A stretch of DNA of 63,913 nucleotides, counting the filler, from Pelomyxa schiedti (taxonomy: Eukaryota > Protista > Evosea): assembly GCA_020536535.1 (NCBI GenBank). It is 15 parts of 15 records of this genome, joined end to end, with 100 filler letters (N's around TTAATTAATTAA, not from the genome) between each part and the next. Parts side by side here need not be neighbours in the genome. Positions count along the whole stretch, not along the records: positions 53,413 to 57,965 come from JAHLWZ010001585.1; positions 58,066 to 59,112 come from JAHLWZ010002941.1; positions 59,213 to 60,797 come from JAHLWZ010002408.1; positions 60,898 to 63,913 come from JAHLWZ010000487.1; 11 more parts are not named here. One strand, 5' to 3'. This document shows, piece by piece, positions 53,892-63,913 of this stretch. Both the position numbers and the translations under genes were made by a program. How positions within the stretch are numbered: position 1 is the first letter of the stretch; each line of letters opens with the position of its first letter. Below the pieces are notes generated by a model, which saw nothing but the letters and a program-made list of their open reading frames with translations, was not told the origin of the DNA and did no database searches.

Positions 53892-56868
53892 AAGTGATGA
53901 ATCAGCCGAGCCATGAGGGAATAATACCCAAGAAGGAATTATTACCCTTCCATAGATGGATGTTCTAATTATGATTGATACACCACAGGACCTGGTGCAG
54001 GTCCGTGTCCCAGCTTAAACATTATGCTACGCATACAACACCAGAAAGAATCAGATGCTGTAAGTGAATGGCAGGAGTTAGCTGTTACAGCGTCAGCACC
54101 ACTGCTTTCAGAGTCCCTTGTGCTTCACTGTGTATGTTGTTTGTTGTGTTGTGTGGTTGTTGGTTGTGGGGGTCATCAACAAGGAACAACATTTTTTTTG
54201 AAAACAATTTGCGTCGGGAGTTTAAACGATCGTTTTCGGAGAAAACGCATTGAGAGACAGCCAAAGATGTGGTCTTACATCATTTCAATGCAATGTTCAT
54301 TGCAACCTTGTTTGTTGGGGGTATCCCATGATTTCTTCTATGTGTATTTATTAACCGGAAATGGTTAATAAGTATTACTTGCGCTCAATCCAACAGACAG
54401 AATATCTCAGCTGGAAATTCCAAACCTAATTAAAGTCTGTGAGGTAAATAATAAAAAGGAAAAAAGCCACACAGCAGTGCCACAAGGTGCCGGAAATGCA
54501 GAAACGATGTGGTGTATGCTGGCACTTTTAGGATATTGAAGCGCACATTTCCGACAAACCTAGGAATGCTAGATATGCGAATTTAAATCATCCAAAGCTA
54601 CGTTTTATTGTTCCAACTCTGCTTATCCATTTCGTTTGTATTTATTTGTTTTATTGGTTTGTATTTGCGTTTTATTAAGCAGTTAACTTGCTGGTTGCAT
54701 GCAACATAGGTGAAAATGCAAGAATGGGGGGAAACCAGGATTTATTTACCATAAGTTCACCAAGAGCAAGGAAATGGCTCAACTTTTCAAATCGGACCTA
54801 TTTCTTGAGTCAGAGGAGGAACTGCAAAGAGGGCCGATTCGGAAAAAAAGAAGAGTGCAGAAAATATGTGGAGTGGTGAAAGAGCAAAACCTGACTTCCA
54901 TTTGATGGAATGGGCATTGAGGCCTCTGGAGGAAGCAGGATGAGTCCAACCAGCTGCGCCAACATATACCGCAATTGCAGAGAGAGCAGTATGATGGACC
55001 TGTAGTAAGAGAGCTGCTCCAAATAGTGCGGAAATGGAGAGGACCATGTGTGCAACGCTCGGCAAGTGTTATTACAACTGCGGAGGTGCTAAATATGTGC
55101 ATTTAAAGCTCACTGTAAAGACCAGAACTGAAACCAAAAGGAAATCACAAAAACCAAATCGTAGCTGAACTTCCCCTTCACCCTTCAAACCCAAATGAGT
55201 AACAGCAATAAATTAACACTTACCACTCAAATCAGCGCCACCAGCACTCTCTCAGTGAGCTGTGTAATGTAAATAAGAAATTGAGTCCACATGCTGGATT
55301 TCATCTCATATGAAATGAACCTGGAGTAATTTCTCCTCCCACCCAGCACAGTCCCAATATGATCCATTGGCATGCATGCAGGCTGGAATACAACTTTCAA
55401 GCACTTCTGTCAGCGAATCCCTCCATTAATTAGTCAGCTTTTAGATAAGAGGGGACTGCATACCAACGCAAAGGAATCATCGCTACTTCTGCCAGGCTTT
55501 GGCACATAATTCTGAGGCTTCTACAATTGGATGAGTCCTTTGGAGATAGGGACCACAAAGGGCATACCTAGAATGCTGCAGAACAACCAGTAGCTGAACT
55601 CAGCAGAGTTGTCGCAAAGCTGGGAGTTGAGTCAGGAAAACCAAAGCCGATGTTCAGCACCATGTTTATTGGGGCCAATGCGTTTTACAGAGGCAAGATT
55701 CATGCAACAATACGAGGGACAATGCAGTACTGATTGCGGGACAATAATCAATAAACAAACCGATTTCACATACCACCAATTTCCAATCAATATTTCTACC
55801 AGGGAGAACTACGCACCAATCCAAGTTTTGCCAGTTTTGAAATACAAATTTTCGCTCAGCTCTTTGAAAGTAATACCGAGTCACACCGAGGAAAGCTTGA
55901 TGGTAGGGCAAGAACCACATGAATGAACAGTGCCTTCATCAGCATTTCTAATGCTACGGAATCGTAGAGAAGGCAAAGCAAAAGACAAAAGTCAGCAGAG
56001 GCTCAAGAAAAAACGAAACGCTGTGCACGTGGAAGCAGGTAGTAAAAGAAACAAATCAGGTGCCGCAGCCAACAATGGCAAGGAACACGTTTGTGGTTTT
56101 GAAACGAAAGCGCCACATCCATTGGACAAGCAATTACAAATTATTATCCCCCCCTCACATCAAAAAAGGGAAAAAAAAAAAAGCCGTTCCTCCGCCACAA
56201 CCTCCTCCACGTGATTCATCGGCTGCTATGACTAGTAGTGTCACCATCACTCCATCAACACCTGTTAATAAATACACCACTCCCCGCACCATCCGCCGAC
56301 GATCAGCGCTTTAGTTATTCTCTTAGCGGTTGTTCTTTCTTCACCTTTGATTGTTTGTCAACTCACACTTGTTAGAGTTGATTATCTAAGCTTGACACCT
56401 TTGGCACCATTCCCCTGCATTTATAAGATCTCCGTTTCAACGAGATCACAATGGTCGTTAAATTCGTTGAGTAATTGAGTGTTGAATAAACTATTGTTGC
56501 GTTTTTGGTCTTGTGAAGGAAGAGCTAAGTCGCTATTACGAGCGTCGTGTAGCGTAGTTCCCTTTTGCTTTGTTTATATTGATTTTTCCTGAGCTTCAAA
56601 TATGGGTTTGTAGTATTCCCGCGCCTTACGAGAGCGCTTGTTTGGTGTGTTGTGTGTATGATTCTCATGATTTCCATGCTAATGTCATTGCAGAGTGCGT
56701 GCATGGCTGGCCAGTGCCGGAAATGACCGCTTCAGTGCTGGAAATATCCGGTTCTGTCCCGGCTGAGTATGCATGCCATTCCACTCACATCACTGCATGC
56801 ACTAACTAATGTGGACTGCAGTGGTGATTGATCCCAGGCCAGGTGGTCTGGACTGAGAACCGCAATGC

Positions 56869-57965
56869 TTGACGTTGGTTGCCCAACCGTTGTTAGTGAT
56901 GGTGTTTCTTGTTGCATCATCAATCCTTTTCATCCTCACCGTCATGGCAGCTGCAACCAACAAACGAGTGGGTGCTGCGACCATGGTTGTTGACGACATG
57001 TTAGTGGTGTGTGGTGGCGCAACATACACTGGTCGGGTGGTCGGTGGCGAACGCGACGGCAGGGGCACCCTAAAATGGCCAAGCGGCGACACGTACGACG
57101 GTGTGTGGCTCAACGGAGCCAGGACGGGCCGAGGGGTGTACAAGTGGCCCAATGGCAGCACCTGCGAGGGAGAGTGGCTCAACAACAAGACGGATGGGTG
57201 GGGTGTGCAACACTTGGCTGATGGCTGGTGGTTCGAGGGGCTGTGGAGGGGCAACCACAGGAAAAGGGGAACGTGGCACCACAGCAACGGTGTGGATGTG
57301 TGGGATGGCGAGTGGGTGTGGAACGCAACCGCAAATTGTCATGAGATGCAGGGGTGGGGTGTGCAAAGGAGGGCAGTCAAGGGGGGGGCCACAGGAGCAA
57401 TGGTCACGGTGTATGAGGGTGAGTGGGACAGGAGCAAGTGGCACGGTGTGGGAACGTGGATGTCACCTGATGGCTTGGGTGACATCTACAATGGTCAATT
57501 CGATCACGGAATGAAATGTGGAACAGGGAGTATCCTGTTTGGCGGTGGTGGCGATGGAGGCAACAACAGCAAGGGTGGGAGTTATGTTGGTGAGTGGAAG
57601 GATGACGTGTTCCATGGTCGGGGTGTGAGGCTGTGGGCAAACGGTGACAGGTATGATGGCCAGTGGGTCGGTGGCAAGGAGAATGGTGAAGGAACAAAGA
57701 CATGGAGCAGGGGTGAATCATCATTCACTGGGTTGTGGGTGAGTGGAGTGCCCACCAAGGGGACAAGGAGGTGGTCCAACGGTGACATGTTTGAAGGCAC
57801 GTTCACACAAGATGGGGATGGTAATGGGAGTGGATGGGAGTGCCGTGGTGGCGAGGGTGTTGCGACACTGTCACTGTCGTCTGTCCTGAAGGGCACCCTC
57901 AACAACAACCTGTTCCAAAGTTGGAATTCAGAGGTGCAACATCAAATGGGATCATCACCTCCACT
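56869..57965 (+). CDS. MORN-repeat protein (partial)
   Basis: Multiple YxGxWxxGxxxGxG repeats. Confidence 0.92.
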
Positions 57966-58065
57966 NNNNNNNNNNNNNNNNNNNNNNNNNNNNNNNNNNN
58001 NNNNNNNNNTTAATTAATTAANNNNNNNNNNNNNNNNNNNNNNNNNNNNNNNNNNNNNNNNNNNN

Positions 58066-58965
58066 ACTGTATACTAGCTTCTTGCTTTCAAATGTACGAT
58101 CAAGGTCGACGAGCATCACCTTGTTGCCTGCAGTAGCTCCATAATTATCCATTAGCACTGCTTTGTTTCCATCAAAGGGTGAAATGTCTCCAGCTCTACA
58201 AAAATATTGGCCGCGATTTCGGGCAGTCACTTTGACGTGATTGTGTTCATCTTGAACCAGGCCTCTGTCCACCATCTTCCACAAATGCATCTCGTCACGC
58301 ACGACACCGCACATAAGGAGCCACTTGGAAGAGACTGCCAACAACGACAAAAACTCGGCCGTAGAACCCAGAGTGCTGACAACGCTTCCACTCGCGTCGG
58401 CCACAAACAGCGTGAAACCAAAGGGCTTCTCTCTGCTCCCCCTCATCAGGAATGTGCCGTCACCCAAACCAGCGACCATAGTACTCAAGCCGAGCCGATC
58501 CGGGCACCTGAACGCGCCGCACTGCACAACCCCCAGCGTAGGCGACACGTACGCCCACACGTGCACACCTATTATTTCAGGTTCTTCTTCCTCCTCCTCC
58601 TCCTCTGTCCTGCGGACCGGCCCCGGTGGGTCAAATAACCCCGCGGCGCCTTCCTTCGTCCTGATTGTCAAGACCCGCCTCGACGCCACCGCTGTCACCC
58701 ATTTGGACCCCCACTGAGACAGCAACGACGGGGTCTGAGCCAAAAGACACGCCGGCGGCCGTGGTTGCGGGTGCGGTTTCGATGGCGACGCAGCGCGGTA
58801 GCAGGACCACCGACAGCACGCCACCGCCGTGAACTGCTCCTGCGCGCTCACCACCTCACCTCCATTTTCAATGGTTCCTCGAAAATCAGTGGAGTGATGC
58901 GCCGTTTGGGGATTAGCAATCCTAAAGTTTTCGATGATGGAATTCCCGAACTTGTGTGCCAGCAT
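58066..58965 (-). CDS. Orphan expanded-family protein (5' part, intronless)
   Basis: VSAQEQFTAVAC, WGSKWV, VSPTLGVV, SSKWLL, VDLDRTFES. Confidence 0.75.
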
Positions 58966-59409
58966 CTTCCCACCGTGCCGTGTTACAAGGGATCTGATTT
59001 CTTTTGATATACATAAATAAATCTTTGTTTGCTATGCCTTACAAGTGATGTGTGTTATGTTATGGATGTTATTGTTTCAGGTGTTAGTTGTCTTGTGAGG
59101 ATTGTTTATTTGNNNNNNNNNNNNNNNNNNNNNNNNNNNNNNNNNNNNNNNNNNNNTTAATTAATTAANNNNNNNNNNNNNNNNNNNNNNNNNNNNNNNN
59201 NNNNNNNNNNNNGCGATGGGGACGACGACTGGCGCCAGGGGAACTGCTGGAATCGGCGACGAAGCTTGCGTTCGAGTTCGTCTTTCATTCTTTCAGAGAT
59301 TGATGGCTTTCGGTGAATCGGTAACGTCCTCTGGAAAAGGGAGAAACGTTACGGCCTTTGTGGTGGGGTTATTTTGTCCCGCTCTGCTGGTGTACTGTAG
59401 GAGAGTACG

Positions 59410-60502
59410 AGGGAGTTATTGATTGTAGCTTGCTTGTCTCTGAAATAATTCAGCACCTGTTGGTTTTGGATCTCACTGTGACTAGTTGTTTTCACTCTGT
59501 GGCTTTCTTGTTTTCCATAGGATCCCATGCATCAAGCACACTGCTTTGAGAAGTGGAGCAGCATACAAAAACCACTTCAATGAGTTTGAAGGTGAACTTG
59601 ATTGTAAGCAGGAAATGAGTGGTAGAACCTGTGGATCCCTGAGTTCTAGACAGGCTGCATAAAGTTGAGGACTTCTTGGTTTATAATGCACATTGCTCTC
59701 TGCACACACTTATGTGGTATGAGCAGCCTATTGTCCTGTTATTCTGTTCTGAAAGCAAAGACCTAGTAATATTGAGCAAAGATCTTAGCCAGTTGCAACA
59801 AGAAAGCATGGCTGAGTAATTTGGTAACTGCAGTAAGAAATGGTTGTTTGGTAAACCCAGTGCCCCATAAACTTCCACACATGCTAGTTCTGAGTTATGT
59901 TGGCACCTGATTGTTAAGGGGGGTTACAACCAAGAGGGCTTGGTTCTGGATTGAGGGGGGATGCCTGGGGTGTTGAGGTCATGGTGGTGTTGCTTAATTG
60001 GGTGCTTTTCTAGTATGCTCCTCTCTGGAACAGAATCAAGGGGGGTTGGGTTTTGAGTGGTGTCTGTTCTGGGTGGAGGGAGTTGGGAATTATATTGAGG
60101 GTCATGGTGGTGTTGAGTTTGTGGTGCAAACACTTAATTGGGTGCTTTATCTCCAGGCCTCCTTGTTTCTTGAGGGCTGTCAAGTGTTCCTTGGTGGCTA
60201 CTATTTTCCTTGGTAGGCCAAGGACTATGGGAATATTGTCTTGAGCCCTTCTCTAGGCCTTGTTGATCATTGGTTCAATTCTTTCTAGAACAGCTCCTGT
60301 AGCCTGACAGTATAAATTGAAGATTGGAGCTCCTGTGTACAAGTCCTCTAGATTCTTCCAAATAGTGCAGATGTCACTTTTAGTGGTTGTTCCCTTTATT
60401 TTTTCAATTCTGCCCCACCTTGTAAACCACAAGATCAAATTTTGAAGAAGTACCCCTCTGAGAACATTGCTCAATCTTGCTCAACAATCTTCCATTCCAT
60501 TC
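59410..60502 (-). mobile_element. Possible degenerate non-LTR retrotransposon fragment (CpG-free)
   Basis: The broken frame ...LERIEPMINKA*RRA...VLGLPRK...HLTALKKQGGLEI resembles the post-RT LGLP...GGLG(I) motif. It has stops, a short internal duplication and no visible CpG. Confidence 0.35.
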
Positions 60503-60897
60503 ACGGAATTCTGATGAATTGATTTCCTGCAATCGTGGAACACTGAGACAGAAGTCTGAAGCAGCACGTGCAAGTTTTTGGGAGCATGTGGCGTTTTGCG
60601 CCTGCAGAGACCTGCTTACTGTTTTCTTGGGGTTCTTCAGATGCCAGCCTAATCATCTTCTGAGACTCGATTGTGTTTTTAAAGGGTAAAAAAACCGCTA
60701 GAGTTCAGTGCCGAACGTCGAGGCGTAATGGCGGACGAAGATCCGAAGCCGCAAGAAGATCTTACGACGACAGAAGGGGGTGACGCCAATACGGAGCNNN
60801 NNNNNNNNNNNNNNNNNNNNNNNNNNNNNNNNNNNNNNNNNTTAATTAATTAANNNNNNNNNNNNNNNNNNNNNNNNNNNNNNNNNNNNNNNNNNNN

Positions 60898-63800
60898 TTC
60901 TCCCATTACTGCGAGACGAAGACAGTCCCTGCAACTGACAGTGATATGTTCGAGAACTGGTTGTGCACAGACTTGGACACACTGCCTGATCCGTTTGAGG
61001 ATTATTGGGACGAGTATGCGCTCTGTTGCCGTGGGTTGTTGAATGTGTCTAACTGAAAACCTCAGTGCACTCCTGAATTTGTATTATGGCACTGAAGCAT
61101 CAACTTGTGGAGCAAGCAGTGACTGGTTGTTCAGGAGGGCAATGAATAGAGACTGTGTCGCGGATGCGGACACATCCAAAGGGAACTGGCACTTTGGCTG
61201 CGCATCTGATGCCGAAGAGGCAACCCTTCGGGTAGGTTCCTTGTGTTTCCCCCTCCCATTTTCCTCCTTTTTAAGCACTGCACCAGCTTTTTAACGGCGG
61301 TGATTCCAACTGCACCGGCGGATCTTACGCCACCCTGGAGGATAGCTCCTCCTGGCATTCTGTCGACTACTGCTACCCTGGATACTACTCAGACAACAGC
61401 TATTTCGAGCTTCACTGTGATCCACCCAACCCGGGTTATCAGATCATGAANNNNNNNNNNNNNNNNNNNNNNNNNNNNNNNNNNNNNNNNNNNNNNNNNN
61501 NNNNNNNNNNNNNNNNNNNNNNNNNNNNNNNNNNNNNNNNNNNNNNNNNNGGTGCTGACACAACAGGTGTGTTTCTTTTTTAAATTGTGCTCAATGGGTT
61601 ACTCAATTGCGCACAGCAACTCCAATGATGATCGAACAGTATTTCTCCCATTACTGCGAGACGAAGACAGTCCCTGCAACTGACAGTGATATGTTCGAGA
61701 ACTGGTTGTGCACAGACTTGGACACACTGCCTGATCCGTTTGAGGATTATTGGGACGAGTATGTGCTCTGTTTCCGTGGGTTGTTGAATGTGTCTAACTG
61801 AAAACCTCAGTGCACTCCTGAATTTGTATTATGGCACTGAAGCATCAACTTGTGGAGCAAGCAGTGACTGGTTGTATCGGAGGGCAATGAACAGAGACTG
61901 TGTCGCGGATGCGGACACATCCAAGGGGAGCTGGCACTTTGGCTGCGCATCTGATGCCGAAGAGGCAACCCTTCGGGTAGGTTCCTTGTGTTTCCCCCTC
62001 CCATTTTCCTCCTTTTTAAGCACTGCACCAGCTTTTTAAAGGCGGTGATTCCAACTGCACCGGCGGATCTTACACCACCCTGGAGGATAGCTCCTCCTGG
62101 CATTCTGTCGACTACTGCTACCCTGGATACTACTCAGACAACAGCTATTTCGAGCTTCACTGTGATCCACCCAACCCGGGTTATCAGATCATGAAGACAT
62201 ACACTGACACCGCAAAGAGTACTTTTTCTCCTCACATCGTCACATAACACCCTCCTCTTTTCTTCTGCATTCTCTGACTTTTTGACTCTGTGCAGCGGAG
62301 CTCATTTCCGTTGAAGTCTTGTACACACAGTACTGCACCGAAGTTGCCCCAATGTCATCGTACTTTGTCTATGAATACACATGCCAAACATCAATCGACA
62401 CACTCACAATCGACATTGACATGTGAGAGCTCATTTTTACTTTTTTCCACGTCTCACGAACGTACACACAGGCCCATCACCGTGACACAGTTTTCAGATT
62501 CAACGTGCACAACACCCAAGAAGCACTGGAACTATTACTCACCCGAGTGCCACGACTCTGACATCACAACCGACTCTTACCATGTCACGTGCTCCGCCGA
62601 CGACTCTTACGCCGACGTTCAGGTAATTCCATCACCATCAACAACACAACAATCACAACAAGACGCAGTGACAAAAATGAACAGGTGTACAGCTGCGACG
62701 CAGACACGCTGGACGGGTGCCGAGGTTCGTGCTCATACTTCTCGGAGGAGGTCGACGCAACGAGGTGGAGCGGGTACGCTGACGGTTGCTTCTGGGATTA
62801 TGACAGCAGCTCTTACGTGACTGTGAAATGTGCTCCCGCCAACCCAAAGTGGCAGGCTGTTTATTCCTTCCCTGGTCCCAACGTCGTTGGTATGTTTCGA
62901 GTCGTTACGCGGCATCGCATTTTTATTTCTCTCAAAAAACGGGCTCCGCGCACTGGACCACCAAGTACCCTTTGCTTTGGGTATGCTGACTATGTCTCAC
63001 AGAAACGACCGGCGACAAGGTGATTGACATGCACTATTTCTGGTCAGAGAACTGTGTGGAGTATGACATTGGTTGGACTTATGCCTCCGGCAACGTCGTT
63101 CAGGTTGCTTCCTGCACTGCCGATGAACCCGATATTTATGGCCTCTGGGATGAGTATGATTGATCCTCTCCACAAATTTCGTTCTTCCTCACCAATACCC
63201 AAATAGTGCCTATGTTATTCATGTTATCAACTCGGAAGATGACACAATTGACAGCACATGGGGATACAATCCAGGGTGCGTTCAACACCAGACCGCAACA
63301 GCGAGTTATTCTCACTCGTGCTCTTGGGATACTTCCTCATTCTCTGGTTCCATCTCGGTATCCTCTTCTGCCAATTTTTTCCACTCTTGGGTTTAATTGT
63401 TGTTTGCAGACTTTGTCATTCTCAACAACGGACTGCACGGGATCCTCGACGAGCGGAACAGTGACAGCTGTTGGGATGAACACAGATTATTACACCACCG
63501 ATTACTTCTGCCTTGCACCCAACAACATGTGGCAAGTCGTGAAGTTGCACTTGTATGACGAAGAAGGTCTGTGGCAACCCATCATGTTTACGTCGAAAAT
63601 AACCTCAAAGCACAGACCCGATCTACCGGGTTGTGACATACATCAACCCGTTCTGTCAGGAATCAAACGGAACGCTTGGTTCTTCATTTTACGAGGCTGA
63701 GTGCCGCGAGATTGGCACTGACGACCCACAGGGTGGTGATTACTTCAACGACGAGTATGGGGGATTTCTCCTTTTTCTTGTTCCACTCACTTGTTGGCAT

Positions 63801-63913
63801 AGACCCGTTGAGATTCTATGGTTCACAGACGACACCTGCACAGGAAACGCGACATACACATCGTGGTACAACCTTGATTGCATGGCCATGGACACCACAT
63901 ATTCCGCATTCCT
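60898..63913 (+). CDS. Cys/Thr/Tyr-rich repetitive extracellular-type protein, multi-exon, partial
   Basis: Recurring modules such as FSDSTCT, FSTTDCT, FTDDTCT and regular GT-AG introns. The first ~550 nt are duplicated across a gap. Confidence 0.55.

Noticed and set aside
54300-56300. Possible multi-exon gene on the minus strand
   Set aside because: Splice-like signals are present but I could not build a consistent ORF or recognise a domain.

Overview
This is eukaryotic (protist) genomic DNA, not a prokaryotic or phage locus. The window is an artificial concatenation of 15 short scaffolds joined by N44-TTAATTAATTAA-N44 linkers, with seven internal 100-N gaps, so gene neighbourhood across linkers is meaningless. 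Genes are compact and have many short GT-AG introns (mostly about 40-55 nt) and micro-exons. The gene style resembles an amoebozoan such as Pelomyxa (inference, not verified). After manual splicing the recognisable genes are: an atypical Hsp70, a strictosidine-synthase-like/APMAP protein, OST48/Wbp1, a HECT E3 ligase, F-box, ankyrin, SPRY, MORN and FN3 proteins, an LRR-Roc-COR-kinase (ROCO), a TKL-like kinase, an AGC pseudokinase and a decayed CAMK-like pseudogene. Highlights: (1) an intron-containing mobA (molybdenum cofactor guanylyltransferase), a step normally confined to prokaryotic bis-MGD enzymes; (2) an intron-containing gene of the bacterial-type DUF2752 family; (3) a 144-nt Pol III-type tRNA-mimic RNA with a large structured insert in place of the anticodon loop; (4) a large, intron-poor orphan family (about 9 copies on 7 scaffolds); (5) several signatures of CpG-methylation-driven decay, including a 285-nt foldback that carries a piece of the neighbouring ORF. 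All splice models are manual readings and need transcript support.
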